DNA from: an uncultured Gemmatimonadales bacterium
GTDB taxonomy: Bacteria; Gemmatimonadota; Gemmatimonadetes; Gemmatimonadales; GWC2-71-9
DNA length: 64,000 nt
Direction: 5' to 3'
Assembly (NCBI GenBank): GCA_963728915.1
Contig: CAVSLV010000003.1
Coordinates: 160,001 to 224,000 of the forward strand
Shown here: positions 1 through 9,996 of the stretch, piece after piece
Layout: the number at the start of each line of letters is the position of its first letter
Position numbering within the stretch: the stretch's first letter is position 1
Program-made: the position numbers and the translations under genes
The notes under the pieces: model-generated
Seen by the model: the letters and a program-made list of their open reading frames with translations, nothing else
Told to the model about the DNA's origin: nothing
The model's database searches: none

Positions 1-2190
1 ATTCACAGCGAGAACTTCGCCATCAAGACCGGGACCCATCCCGCGAAGCTGATTCCCAGGAACATCGCCAACTTCCGTCGCCAGCTGATCCAGCTGGGGG
101 GAATGTTCGACTGGCGACACGCCCTCTCGACCACCGACCCGTCGTACTACAAGTGGACCCAGTGGCTCTTCCTCCAGCTCTACCACGCCGGGAAGGCCTA
201 TCGCAAGAAGGCCGCGGTCAACTGGTGTCCCAATGACAAGACCGTGCTCGCCAACGAGCAGGTCATCAATGGCGCCTGTGAGCGCTGCGGAGCCCAGGTC
301 GAGCAGCGGTTCCTCGAGCAGTGGTTCTTCCGGATCACCGAGTACACCGAGCGCCTGCTGAACGACCTGGACGACCCGGCCAAGATGGACTGGTCGGAGA
401 GCACCACGACGATGCAGCGCAACTGGATCGGCCGGAGCGAGGGCGCCGAGATCGAGTTTGCGAGCGAGGCCGGCCCGATCCGGGTCTACACCACCCGGCC
501 TGACACCCTGTTCGGGGCAACCTTCCTGGTGCTCGCGCCGGAGCACCCCCTGGTGGAGCGGCTGACCTCGAGTGAGGCCAGGTCACCGGTCGAGGACTAC
601 CGCCGGGCTGCCGCCGCGAAGGACGTCGTGGCGCGCAAGGTGGGCGACAAGGAAAAATCCGGCGTGTTCACCGGAGCCACCGCGGTGAATCCGGCGACCG
701 GGAAGCCGGTCCCGGTCTGGGTCGCCGATTACGTGCTCATGGAATACGGCACCGGCGCGATCATGGGGGTGCCGGCGCATGACGAGCGCGATTTCGCCTT
801 CGCGCTCATGCACCGGCTTCCCATCGTGCGGGTCCTGGCCGGCCCGGAGGAAGACGGGGCTACGCCGGTGCACCACGCGGTGGTCGAGACCGATGGCTTC
901 CGCCTGGTGAATTCGGGAGGATTTTCCGAGGCGCCGGCGCCCGAAGGATTCCGCCGCATCGTCGAATGGCTCGAGGCAGAGGGAAAAGGGAAAGGCACGG
1001 TCCAGTACCGGCTCTACGACTGGTGCATCTCGAGGCAGCGGTACTGGGGACCGCCCATCCCGATCATCAACTGCCACACCTGCGGGGCGGTCCCGGTTCC
1101 CGAGAAGGACCTGCCCGTCCTGCTTCCCGAGATCCCCGATTTCCAGCCCGACGACACCGGGATCTCCCCGCTCGCCAGGCACAAGGAGTGGTACGAAGTC
1201 CCCTGTCCCAGGTGCGGCGGGAAGGCGCACCGGGAGACCGACGTTTCCGACACCTTCCTCGATTCGGCCTGGTATTACCTGCGCTACCTCGCCACCGAGG
1301 TCCTGGACCAGCCGTTCCACCCCGCCCGGACCCGGAAGTGGCTGCCGGTCACGATGTATATCGGCGGGAACGAGCACGCGGTGCTTCACCTGCTCTACAG
1401 CCGATTCATCGCGATGGTGCTCCACGATCGCGGGCTGCTGCATTTCGACGAGCCGTTCCGCCGCTTCCGCGCCCATGGCACCATCGTGAAGGACGGGTCG
1501 AAAATGTCGAAGTCCCGCGGCAACGTGGTGATCCCCGATCAGTACCTCGCCAAATGGGGCGCCGATACGTTCCGCACCTATCTCATGTTTCTGGGTCCGT
1601 ACCAGGAAGGCGGAGATTTCCGCGACGAAGGGCTCGCCGGTCCCCGCCGCTTCCTCGACAAGGTATGGGAGCTGGTGGACCAGACCCAGCGCCGGACCCT
1701 GGTCGGGGTCGAAGTGCAGAGCAGCATCGTCATCAAGTGGCATCAGACCATCAAGCGGGTATCCCATGGGCTCGAGTCGCTGTCGTTCAATACCGCGATC
1801 GCCGCGCTCATGGAGATGCTCAACGCGATGCGGGCGGTGAACTGCACCGAGCGGCGCATGGTGAAGGAGATGGTGGTCATGCTCGCCCCCTTCGCTCCCC
1901 ACTTCGCCGAGGAGTGCTGGGAACGGCTGGGCGGCACGACCTCGGTGTTCGAGGCATCCTGGCCGGCCTGGGAGGAATCCCTCACGATCGACCAGGAGGT
2001 CGAGATCCCGGTCCAGGTGAACGGGAAGACCCGCGCGAAGATCCGGGTGCCCCGGGGCGCGGAAGAGCTCGCGGTGGTCAAGGTGGCGATGAACGACCCC
2101 CAGGTGCGGAAGTTCTTCGCCGGCGACACGCCGTCCCGGGTGGTCTACGTGAAGGATCGACTGCTGAACCTGGTAGGGACGAGGGACTAG
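1..2190 (+). CDS. leuS: Leucine--tRNA ligase (5'-partial, runs off the window)
   Basis: Frame 1 is open from base 1 (IHSENFAIK...). Motifs include YTTRPDT, editing-domain GTGAIMGVPAHDERD, DWCISRQRYWG, KMSKS and C-terminal VQVNGK. Confidence 0.97.
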   Translation: MHSENFAIKTGTHPAKLIPRNIANFRRQLIQLGGMFDWRHALSTTDPSYYKWTQWLFLQLYHAGKAYRKKAAVNWCPNDKTVLANEQVINGACERCGAQVEQRFLEQWFFRITEYTERLLNDLDDPAKMDWSESTTTMQRNWIGRSEGAEIEFASEAGPIRVYTTRPDTLFGATFLVLAPEHPLVERLTSSEARSPVEDYRRAAAAKDVVARKVGDKEKSGVFTGATAVNPATGKPVPVWVADYVLMEYGTGAIMGVPAHDERDFAFALMHRLPIVRVLAGPEEDGATPVHHAVVETDGFRLVNSGGFSEAPAPEGFRRIVEWLEAEGKGKGTVQYRLYDWCISRQRYWGPPIPIINCHTCGAVPVPEKDLPVLLPEIPDFQPDDTGISPLARHKEWYEVPCPRCGGKAHRETDVSDTFLDSAWYYLRYLATEVLDQPFHPARTRKWLPVTMYIGGNEHAVLHLLYSRFIAMVLHDRGLLHFDEPFRRFRAHGTIVKDGSKMSKSRGNVVIPDQYLAKWGADTFRTYLMFLGPYQEGGDFRDEGLAGPRRFLDKVWELVDQTQRRTLVGVEVQSSIVIKWHQTIKRVSHGLESLSFNTAIAALMEMLNAMRAVNCTERRMVKEMVVMLAPFAPHFAEECWERLGGTTSVFEASWPAWEESLTIDQEVEIPVQVNGKTRAKIRVPRGAEELAVVKVAMNDPQVRKFFAGDTPSRVVYVKDRLLNLVGTRD

Positions 2191-2192
2191 GC

Positions 2193-2220
2193 TAGGGGCT
2201 AGCCAGCCCCTAACCCCTAC
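2193..2220. repeat. Heptamer (CCCCTAN-type) array forming an 8-bp hairpin between convergent genes; possible terminator
   Basis: TAGGGGCT (2193-2200), AGCC loop, AGCCCCTA (2205-2212), followed by ACCCCTAC. Confidence 0.6.
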
Positions 2221-2223
2221 CCG

Positions 2224-3093
2224 CTATTCCACTCTATACAACGCCGGCAGGTTGCCGAACGAGAGACCGTTCATCGTCTCCCGGAGGTTGGCCACGTAGT
2301 AGAGGTCGCCGAAGTCCCCCACGCGGGGGCGACGCTTCTTGTCGAGCGCATAGGCGTTGACGTTGTCCTCGAAGTACCAGCTCAGGTTCTCGTCGAACTC
2401 CGCGAAGGCCACCACGAACTCGCGATCCACGTCCTCGGGGGATCCATCCGGCTTCGCCATGCCCCGGGCCGTGACCAGGATGGGACCCACTAACCCCGAA
2501 TTCAGATCCGAATTCTCGTCGTGATGCGAGTGGTACATCCACTGCACTGAGCTCATGTCCCCGGGAGCCGGGCCGGCGCGCTCCGGCACCGGCCAGACGT
2601 ACACCTGGGTACCGCCTGGCGGCACGCCGTCGTCCGCTTGATCCGCCCCGCTGGTGCCGTCCGCGTAGGGCGCTCCCTCCGAATCCTTGGTGTAGAAGAC
2701 GCCGTGCGGATGCATCGTATAGGGATGCGTCCCGTTGTTGCGGAACACCACCCGGATCGTGTCCCCCACCACCGCGCGGAGCAGCGGTCCCAGGATACCG
2801 AGGTGCTTCCATTCCGGGGGCCGGGGTTTGAGCGTGGTGAAGGTGCTATCGGTGTATTCCCGGTAGATCGCCTTCTTGTAGCGGCGCCCGATCCGGTCCG
2901 CCGCGGGGATCATGACTTCCCGATCGAAGCCCTCCCAGCCGTGGCCGGTGATCAGGTTGGAGTCGCTGGGGGCGTAGTCCCAGACCACTTCGTCCGCGGC
3001 GACATAGTAGGTCCGGGTAATCCCGCCGTTGCTGCCTGTGGCGCCGCAGCCCGAGACCGCCGTGACAATGAGCAAAAGGATTCCGCGTCGCAT
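2224..3093 (-). pseudogene. Ceruloplasmin/hephaestin-like multicopper oxidase lipoprotein, apparently C-terminally truncated
   Basis: Signal/lipobox VSGC; RTYYVAADEVVWDYAP, YKKAIYREYTD, HLGILGPLLRA, MHPHG and WMYHSH. The ORF stops just after NGLSFGNLP, with no HxxHxH or HCHxxxH copper motifs. Confidence 0.65.
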
Positions 3094-3162
3094 GGCTGGT
3101 CTCCATCTGGGAGGGACAGGGCCAATGTATCCTTCACCGACCCAATCGGTAGGGCGACGGCG

Positions 3163-4272
3163 ATGCCTCGATTCCTCATTCTGCTCTTCTTGCCCGTGGT
3201 GCTCCACGCCCAGGAGCGGGTCCGCGCTCGTGCCATGGGCATCACCCCGGGTGCCTTCCCGCCCGGCCCGCACAATGCCATCACCGACGTTCCCGGTGTC
3301 CGGGTGGGGCAGGTCACCCTGGTGCTGGGCGATTCGATCCGGACCGGAGTGACCGCGATCCTTCCCCACGACGGGAACCTGTTCCTCGACCGGGTCCCCG
3401 CCGCGGTCCACGTCGGGAACGGTTTCGGCAAACTACTGGGCTCGACCCAGGTGAACGAGCTGGGCGAGCTCGAGTCGCCCATCCTGCTCACCTGCACCCT
3501 CTGCGTCTGGCGCGCCGCCGACGCCCTGGTGGGCTGGATGCTGGAGCAACCCGGCATGGAGGAGGTGCGGTCCATTAACCCGCTGGTCGCGGAGACCAAC
3601 GACGGGACCCTGAACGCGATCCGATCGCGGCCGATCGGCCCCGACCAGGTCCGCGCCGCCCTCGCCGCCGCCGATACCGGGGAGGTCGCCGAAGGAGCGG
3701 TGGGTGCGGGCGCCGGCACGATCGCGTACGGCTGGAAGGGCGGGATCGGCACCTCCTCGCGACAGGCCGGCGCCAGCGGCTTCACCGTGGGCGTCCTGGT
3801 GCAGGCCAATCACGGCGGCGACCTCACCATCCTCGGCGTCCCGGTGGGACGGGAGCTGGGCCGGAACGGCATAACCCGCGGCGTGTCCCGCTCCGGCGAT
3901 GGCTCCATCATCATGGTCGTCGCCACCGATGCCCCGCTCTCCGACCGGAACCTCCACCGCCTCGCCGCCCGGGCCATGATGGGGCTCGGACGGACCGGCT
4001 CCGCCGCCCAGAACGGCTCCGGCGACTACGTGATCGCCTTCTCCACCAGCCCCATGGTCCGCCGCCCCAGGAATGCCCAGCGACTCACCACCACCGAGCT
4101 CGGCAACGAGGAGATGAATCCGCTCTTCCAGGCGACCGTCGAAGCGACCGAGGAGGCGGTCTATGACGCCCTGTTCATGGCGACCACCGTGACCAGCCGG
4201 GGCACCCGGGTGGAAGCCCTGCCCCTCGACGAAGTCCGCCGCATTCTGGCCCGGCGCGGAGCGATTCGCTAG
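3163..4272 (+). CDS. DmpA/P1 (S58) family aminopeptidase, secreted
   Basis: NAITDVPGVRVG, RTGVTAILP, NGFGK, GWKGGIGTSSR, autocleavage site NG/SGD; signal peptide from ATG 3163. Confidence 0.9.
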   Translation: MPRFLILLFLPVVLHAQERVRARAMGITPGAFPPGPHNAITDVPGVRVGQVTLVLGDSIRTGVTAILPHDGNLFLDRVPAAVHVGNGFGKLLGSTQVNELGELESPILLTCTLCVWRAADALVGWMLEQPGMEEVRSINPLVAETNDGTLNAIRSRPIGPDQVRAALAAADTGEVAEGAVGAGAGTIAYGWKGGIGTSSRQAGASGFTVGVLVQANHGGDLTILGVPVGRELGRNGITRGVSRSGDGSIIMVVATDAPLSDRNLHRLAARAMMGLGRTGSAAQNGSGDYVIAFSTSPMVRRPRNAQRLTTTELGNEEMNPLFQATVEATEEAVYDALFMATTVTSRGTRVEALPLDEVRRILARRGAIR

Positions 4273-4280
4273 AGTTAACC

Positions 4281-5792
4281 ATGCGGAATCGTTGGCCGGT
4301 CGTGCTGGTTCTTGCGCTTGCTTGCCATGGCGAGCTGATCGATAATGGTCTCCCTCCCGGCAACGAGCCGCCCACCACATTCACCCCTGCACTCGCCATT
4401 CGGTTCGGCGGCACCGGCAATGACGTAGTCCGGGCGATGCGCACCGATGCCGCCGGCAACGTTTTCGTCGCGGGGACCTTCACCGGCGTAACGACCCTGG
4501 GCGCCGCCGGCGCGGGTCCTCTCACCAGCCTCGGCGGCGCCGACGGCTTCCTCGCGAAATACGATCCCTCAGGCGCCCTGCTCTGGGCCCGTCGCTTCGG
4601 CGGGACGCTCGATGAGCGGGTCACCGACCTCGCCCTCGATGCCGGTGGGAATGTCTATGTCGGTGGTGGGTTCGAAGGCGCCGCCAGCTTCGATCTGTCC
4701 GGAATGGCAAACGTGGTCAACAGTCTGGGCGGCGAAGACGGGTTCATCGCGCGATTCGGCGCCGACGGAACCCTGGCCTGGACCCGGCGGTTCGGCGGAT
4801 TCGGCCTCGACGAAGTCAGCGCCCTGACCACCGACCTTGCCGGAAACGTCTATGCCGCGGGCTCCTTCACCGGACAGGCCAATGCCGCGCCGGACGGAGG
4901 TCCCACCCTCCAGAGCAACGGAGGGCTCGATGGCTTCGTCCTCGCGCTGAGCGCCGCTGGTGACGTGCGCTGGGCGATTCCCCTGGGCGGCCCCCAGGAT
5001 GATGCCGCGCTCGGCATCGCGGCGGCCACGACGGGAGAGATCGCGGTTGGGGGGACTTTCCGCGCCACCGCGGACGTCGCTCGAGGTGGCGGAGTCCCAA
5101 CGGTGTTGAGCTCGCTGGGCGGCGCCGACGTGTTCTTCGCGGTCTACTCTTCGACCGGCGCCCTCCTCGTCGCACACGGATTCGGCGGGACAGTGGATGA
5201 AAGTGTGCCACCGGCCGGCTTGGCCCTTGACGGCTCAGGCGCCGCGGTTCTGATTGGGGGATTCGGAAGCTCGGTGGATTTCGATCCCGGGCCGGGTGTG
5301 GCCGCCCACGCGAGCCTCGGCACCGTGGACATGTTCGCCAGCCGGTTCGACCTGAGCGGCACGTTCCTCGGAGTCGCCACGGTCGGAGGCATCAACGCCA
5401 ACGTCAGCGCGGCACGGGGTGTCCCTGCGTCCGATGGCGGAATGCTGATCACCGGCTCGTTCTCTGGCACGGTGGACTTCGATCCCGGGACCGGAGTTCA
5501 CGCCCTCGCGAGTCTCGGTTCTCAGGGCGTGACCGACGCGTTCGTCGCGCGCTACAGCGCGAGCGGAGCCCTGAGCTGGGTCAGTCGCTTCGGCGAGGCG
5601 ACCTCCATCGCCGGACAGGGCTCCTACGGCGCCGGGCTCGGGTTCGACCCGTCGGGCAATCCGGTGGTGGCGGGCTACTTCGCCGGCACCGCCGATTTCG
5701 ATCCAGGCACCTCGGCGTTTCGCCTCACCAGCCTGGGGGAATCGGACGGCTTCCTCGTCAAGCTCACTCCCAGCGGAGCGCTGTCACCATGA
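4281..5792 (+). CDS. Beta-propeller repeat lipoprotein (SBBP-like)
   Basis: Lipobox LALAC; repeated units DxxGNVYxxGxF, DFDPG, SLGxxDxFxxxY and W.RRFGG. Confidence 0.75.
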   Translation: MRNRWPVVLVLALACHGELIDNGLPPGNEPPTTFTPALAIRFGGTGNDVVRAMRTDAAGNVFVAGTFTGVTTLGAAGAGPLTSLGGADGFLAKYDPSGALLWARRFGGTLDERVTDLALDAGGNVYVGGGFEGAASFDLSGMANVVNSLGGEDGFIARFGADGTLAWTRRFGGFGLDEVSALTTDLAGNVYAAGSFTGQANAAPDGGPTLQSNGGLDGFVLALSAAGDVRWAIPLGGPQDDAALGIAAATTGEIAVGGTFRATADVARGGGVPTVLSSLGGADVFFAVYSSTGALLVAHGFGGTVDESVPPAGLALDGSGAAVLIGGFGSSVDFDPGPGVAAHASLGTVDMFASRFDLSGTFLGVATVGGINANVSAARGVPASDGGMLITGSFSGTVDFDPGTGVHALASLGSQGVTDAFVARYSASGALSWVSRFGEATSIAGQGSYGAGLGFDPSGNPVVAGYFAGTADFDPGTSAFRLTSLGESDGFLVKLTPSGALSP

Positions 5793-6664
5793 TGATCGCC
5801 CTTGCCTTGCTCACGCTCGCTTCACCGCCGTCCATCAAGGACGAGCCGCTGGTGGTCTCGACCGCCTGGTTGAGCCAGCACCTCCACGACAGGAACCTGG
5901 TCGTCTTTCACGTCGGAGAGCGGGCGACGTACGATTCGACCCACATCGAGGGCGCCCAGTTCCTGATGCCGCTGACCGACTTTTCGACCCCTCGGGTCGA
6001 GGGCCGGCTCACCCTGGAGCTGCCGGGCCGCGCCGTCCTCGATTCGGTGCTGTCCGCCAAAGGCGTCTCGAACGACTCCCGGATCGTGATCTACGCCGCG
6101 AACGAGTGGTATTCGCCCACCTCGAGGGCGCTCTTCACGCTGGAATACGTCGGGCTTCGTGGCAGGGTATCGATCCTGGATGGCGGGCTTCCAGCCTGGC
6201 AAGCGGAAGGCCGCCCGGTGACCTCCGTGGCCCCGCGCGTCGTCCCGGGGCACTTCGTCTCGAAGCCCGATTCCACCATCGTGGCGGACGCGGGATTCGT
6301 GCAGACCCATCTGACCGACGCGAAGGTGCGCATCGTCGACGCGCGCAACGCCGAGTTCTATCAGGGCCGGGAAACCCATCAGGGACGGAACGGCCACATT
6401 CCCGGAGCAGCCAGCCTTCCCTTCGACAGCATGGTCGACTCCACCGGCCATTTCCGCCCGGTGCCCCTGCTCCAAAGCCAGTTCACGGAAGCGGGGGTCA
6501 AGGACGGCCAGACGGTCGTCACCTATTGCCACATCGGTCAGCAGGCGAGCCTGGTCTGGTTCGCGGCCCGCCTCCTGGGGCATCAGGCGAAGCTCTACGA
6601 CGGCTCGTTTCAGGATTGGGCCCGGCGAACCGACCTTCCGGTCGAAACCGGCGGCAAGCCCTGA
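5789..6664 (+). CDS. Tandem-rhodanese sulfurtransferase with signal peptide
   Basis: HIEGA, ILDGG, GHIPGA, active-site YCHIGQQA, LYDGSFQDW; ATGA overlap with the upstream gene. Confidence 0.9.
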   Translation: MMIALALLTLASPPSIKDEPLVVSTAWLSQHLHDRNLVVFHVGERATYDSTHIEGAQFLMPLTDFSTPRVEGRLTLELPGRAVLDSVLSAKGVSNDSRIVIYAANEWYSPTSRALFTLEYVGLRGRVSILDGGLPAWQAEGRPVTSVAPRVVPGHFVSKPDSTIVADAGFVQTHLTDAKVRIVDARNAEFYQGRETHQGRNGHIPGAASLPFDSMVDSTGHFRPVPLLQSQFTEAGVKDGQTVVTYCHIGQQASLVWFAARLLGHQAKLYDGSFQDWARRTDLPVETGGKP

Positions 6665-6689
6665 CCGGGACCCGGGGTGACCCGGGGCT

Positions 6690-7466
6690 CTAGTGGCGGG
6701 TTGAGAAACGGTCCAGGAAATCCCGCTCGCTTGGCGTGAGACTTCCGATCCCCGACTTGCTGATCTTGTCGAGAATCCGATCCAGCTCTTCCCGGTTCAC
6801 CTCGTGAAGCCGGTCGCGCCGGATCGTCTTCCACCGTTCCATCGCGCTGGTCAGGCTTTCCATCCGCGGCGCGATGCCCCGCGCCTGCTTGCGGAATCGC
6901 GCCGAGGGTGATCGCCGCTCCATCACCTTGAGGAAGAGGAACCCGCCCAGGAATCCACCCAGATGGGCGAAGTGCGCGATGTTGCCGCCCACGCCCGGCG
7001 TGATGCCGCTGAAGAGCGAAATCGCCGTCATGAGCAGCACCAGGTAGCGCGCCTCGATCGGGATGATGCCCCAGATCAGGATGCGGTCCCGGGGCCAGAA
7101 CCAGGCATAGCCGAACATCACGCCGAACACCGCGCCCGAGGCCCCGATGACGGCGGCGTTGGGCGCCAGCAGGAGCGAGAGCAAGGCGCCCATGATGCCG
7201 CTGGTGAAATAGAGCCCCAGAAATCCTCCGCCACCCAGGCGGGACTCGAGCCGGGGTCCGAAAAAGTAGAGCGCCAGCATGTTGAAGAAGACGTGCCCCA
7301 GACTTCCATGCAGGAACAGATAGGTCACCACGGTCCAGGGTTCCCGCCATGCTTCCGAGGGAACCAGCACCAGCCGATTGACCAGGGACGCCGGCAGAGC
7401 CGGCATCAGCAGAAAGACGATGACGTTGACGAGGATCAGCCGGATGGACCAGCCCCAGAGCCGCAC
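6690..7466 (-). CDS. Rhomboid intramembrane serine protease with short C-terminal cytoplasmic domain
   Basis: HxxFNM, GASG catalytic Ser, AHLGG; the GTG start overlaps the upstream TAG (TAGTG). Confidence 0.9.
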   Translation of the reverse strand: MRLWGWSIRLILVNVIVFLLMPALPASLVNRLVLVPSEAWREPWTVVTYLFLHGSLGHVFFNMLALYFFGPRLESRLGGGGFLGLYFTSGIMGALLSLLLAPNAAVIGASGAVFGVMFGYAWFWPRDRILIWGIIPIEARYLVLLMTAISLFSGITPGVGGNIAHFAHLGGFLGGFLFLKVMERRSPSARFRKQARGIAPRMESLTSAMERWKTIRRDRLHEVNREELDRILDKISKSGIGSLTPSERDFLDRFSTRH

Positions 7467-8632
7467 TATGGCTTCCCGCCCCGCAAGTCGACCGCCCCGG
7501 TCGTCAGCACGTCCCAGTAGGTCACGGTTTCGGGATTGACGGTCACCTGGAGGAACGCGGAGAAGGGCTGGAGCTGCTGGGCGCTGAGCTGGCCGGCTCC
7601 GACCTGGGGCAGGGAGCCGGGCATGCCCCGGGGCGACCACATCCCCCGTCCGAAATAGCTCCGGATCATCACGCTGGACCCGTTGGAGGGCAGCCGCTTC
7701 ACGTTCTCGGCGAATTGCGGGAACGATCCGCCCCTGAAGAGATACATCTCGACGTTGCTCACATAGAACGCCGAGACCGGAAGATTCAGCTCCCGGAGAT
7801 AGCCGGCGATCGCCTTCATCGCGATCGGGCCGGAAATGTCGCCCACCGCCGGAATGATCCGGTCCCGGCGCTCCAGGTCCCGCACCGTACGGAATCGTTC
7901 CTCGTTCACCAGGTAGCTGCCCTTGTGGCCGTCCAGATCGGTGGCGAGGTAGAGCTCCCGCTCGCTGGGATACCCGGGCCGGGAGGGCCGTCCCCGGCTG
8001 GTGAACGTGAGGTCGAGCCCGCGGTCGTGGAATTCGTCGTGAAAGCGCTGCAGCGAGGCGCGATCCGTGTCGGACAGCGCCACCCCGAGCCGGGCCACCC
8101 GGTCCATGAGCTCGGCGTGGCTCCTGGCATAACCCGCGCTGTCTCGCGGGGCGATGTCCAGGTAGGTGAGAATGTCCTCCAGGCTGGCCTCGTTCCAGCG
8201 GGTCAGCACGTCGGGCGCCGGCCGTCCATAGAGCAGACAGAGGAACTCCATCCGGTTCCGGGAGACCTCGAACATCGCCTTGAACAGGAGATGCAGGAGC
8301 ATGTTGTCACGCCGGATGTCGACCAGGATCGCGATTTCCGGTTTGATCTCGGCGATGTAGGAAAAGTTCTGCTCGGGCCCCACCCCCAGATACGCTCCCC
8401 CCCGGATCCCCAGACTCCCCAGCGCGGGAAGCACGTGGAGGTAGGAGGTCTCGTTGGAGACCAGATTGTCGCTGTCGAAATAGCCGCCCGGCTCGGAGAG
8501 CCGCTCCACCAGGCGGGAAAACCCGGTCGCCTGGGTCCCGGCGAGCCGCGAGGCGGTCGGGGGAAGCGGCGCGGTGAAGAGCACCAGCGACTGAACCAGC
8601 AAGACCAGGGGACGGAACATCGGCTGCCTCAT
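7466..8632 (-). CDS. Hypothetical exported protein, possibly Rossmann/methyltransferase-like fold
   Basis: Long ORF with genome-typical codon style; signal-like N-terminus; YLGVGPEQNF...ILVD segment. Confidence 0.7.
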   Translation of the reverse strand: MRQPMFRPLVLLVQSLVLFTAPLPPTASRLAGTQATGFSRLVERLSEPGGYFDSDNLVSNETSYLHVLPALGSLGIRGGAYLGVGPEQNFSYIAEIKPEIAILVDIRRDNMLLHLLFKAMFEVSRNRMEFLCLLYGRPAPDVLTRWNEASLEDILTYLDIAPRDSAGYARSHAELMDRVARLGVALSDTDRASLQRFHDEFHDRGLDLTFTSRGRPSRPGYPSERELYLATDLDGHKGSYLVNEERFRTVRDLERRDRIIPAVGDISGPIAMKAIAGYLRELNLPVSAFYVSNVEMYLFRGGSFPQFAENVKRLPSNGSSVMIRSYFGRGMWSPRGMPGSLPQVGAGQLSAQQLQPFSAFLQVTVNPETVTYWDVLTTGAVDLRGGKP

Positions 8633-8679
8633 CGAGAACACGTAACGACCGGCTGTTTCGGGAATCTACAAGGGGCCGA

Positions 8680-9807
8680 CTACAGGAACCGGACGATCCA
8701 GTCGCCCACCACGTATCCCAGCACCGCCACGCCGAGCCCGACCACGAACATGTCGAGCCCGCTCCGGATGACGCCCCGGCCGGTGAAGAAGCTCCGGGCG
8801 GCGCCCACTCCGAAGTGGGAGAGCATCGCGACCGCGAAGGACATCCAGATCGCCGCGGGCGTCCGGCTGATCAGGAGCGGAGCGACCGGAATCAGGGCGC
8901 CGAAGGCGGTGGCCACTCCGGTCACCCAGCCCTCCCGCAGCGGCGTGCTGCTGGCTTCGCCGATCTTGAGCTCCTCGCGGACTTTTTCCTCGAGCGCCTT
9001 CTCGGGATCGGCCATGACCGCAGTGGCGAGCTCGCCTGCCTGGGCCGCCGGGATGCCCTTGGCCTGGTAGATGAGGGAGAGCTCCTCCCGCTCCAGCTCG
9101 GGCATGAGCCGGATCTCCTCCCGCTCCATCGCGATCTCGTGCTCGAACACCTCCCGCTCGCTCTTCGCGGCGAGGTACCCCGACGAGCCCATCGAGAGCG
9201 CGTCGGCCAGCATCCCGGCGAGACCGGCCACCACCACCGCGTGGGTGACGGGAGAGCCTAACCCGGCCTGCGCTCCCACCATCCCGGCCACCAGGCCGAA
9301 GTTGGCGGTCAATCCGTCATTGAACCCGTAGACCACGTTCCGGAGGAATCCGCCCGCTCCGGTCTTGTGCCACGGCTCGCCGTGCTCCTTCCCTCCCGAG
9401 ACCAGCCCGGCCAGCCGCTCGGCGTGCTCCTTGGATTCTTTCGCCAGGTTGAGAGCGGTGGGAGCGGCGGCGCCGGCGGGCGCGTCCCGGTACATCTGGA
9501 GATACCCCTTCACCTCGCGGCCTTCCTCCTCGAGCAGGAAGGGAAGCAGAAAGCGGGGCCCCAGGCGCCGGCCCAGCCAGGCCATAACCCGCGCCCGCGT
9601 AGAAGGCTGCGGCGCCTCGGCGGCATGGCCCTGCTCCGCCAGCAGGCGCCGCCACTGGGCCACGTGGCGGTCCTCCACCTCGGCAAGCTGCTGGTAGATC
9701 ACCGCCCGGCTCCGGTCCGGTTCGGCCCGAGCCAGCTCACGGTAGAGGAAGGCCGCGTCGGCCTCGTCCGCCAGATGGTGCAGCCAGGTGTGCAGCGAAT
9801 CACTCAT
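8680..9807 (-). CDS. VIT1/CCC1 transporter with N-terminal rubrerythrin/ferritin-like domain
   Basis: N-terminal DExxAxxxY, EDRH and ESKEH; VIT motifs RNVVYGFNDGL and SMGSSGYL. Confidence 0.88.
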   Translation of the reverse strand: MSDSLHTWLHHLADEADAAFLYRELARAEPDRSRAVIYQQLAEVEDRHVAQWRRLLAEQGHAAEAPQPSTRARVMAWLGRRLGPRFLLPFLLEEEGREVKGYLQMYRDAPAGAAAPTALNLAKESKEHAERLAGLVSGGKEHGEPWHKTGAGGFLRNVVYGFNDGLTANFGLVAGMVGAQAGLGSPVTHAVVVAGLAGMLADALSMGSSGYLAAKSEREVFEHEIAMEREEIRLMPELEREELSLIYQAKGIPAAQAGELATAVMADPEKALEEKVREELKIGEASSTPLREGWVTGVATAFGALIPVAPLLISRTPAAIWMSFAVAMLSHFGVGAARSFFTGRGVIRSGLDMFVVGLGVAVLGYVVGDWIVRFL

Positions 9808-9878
9808 GGTGCCAATCGGGATGGTGGGCAGGGCCTAACTTCAATCGCCGCATAATAGTACACGGGCGGACCGGGGGG

Positions 9879-9941
9879 CAGGCGGACCGGCGGAAACTTC
9901 CCTCGTTCGTCCGCCCTCCCGCCGATCCGCCGGTCCGCCTG
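9879..9941. repeat. Perfect 16-bp inverted repeat built from (NNTCCGCC)n octamers
   Basis: CAGGCGGACCGGCGGA (9879-9894) pairs with TCCGCCGGTCCGCCTG (9926-9941) in the divergent intergenic region. Confidence 0.8.
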
Positions 9942-9996
9942 CGACTTTTCCCGCCCGCGAGGCATCTTTAAGCACGTGTCGACCAGGACCCTTTTC

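Noticed and set aside
4281..5792. Repeated DNA segments such as GACTTCGATCCCGG
   Set aside because: They reflect protein-level propeller repeats (DFDPG), not a DNA repeat element.
9940..9966. Possible ECF promoter TGCGAC-N16-GCATC before the first sigma gene
   Set aside because: Only one instance and no consensus I can firmly tie it to.
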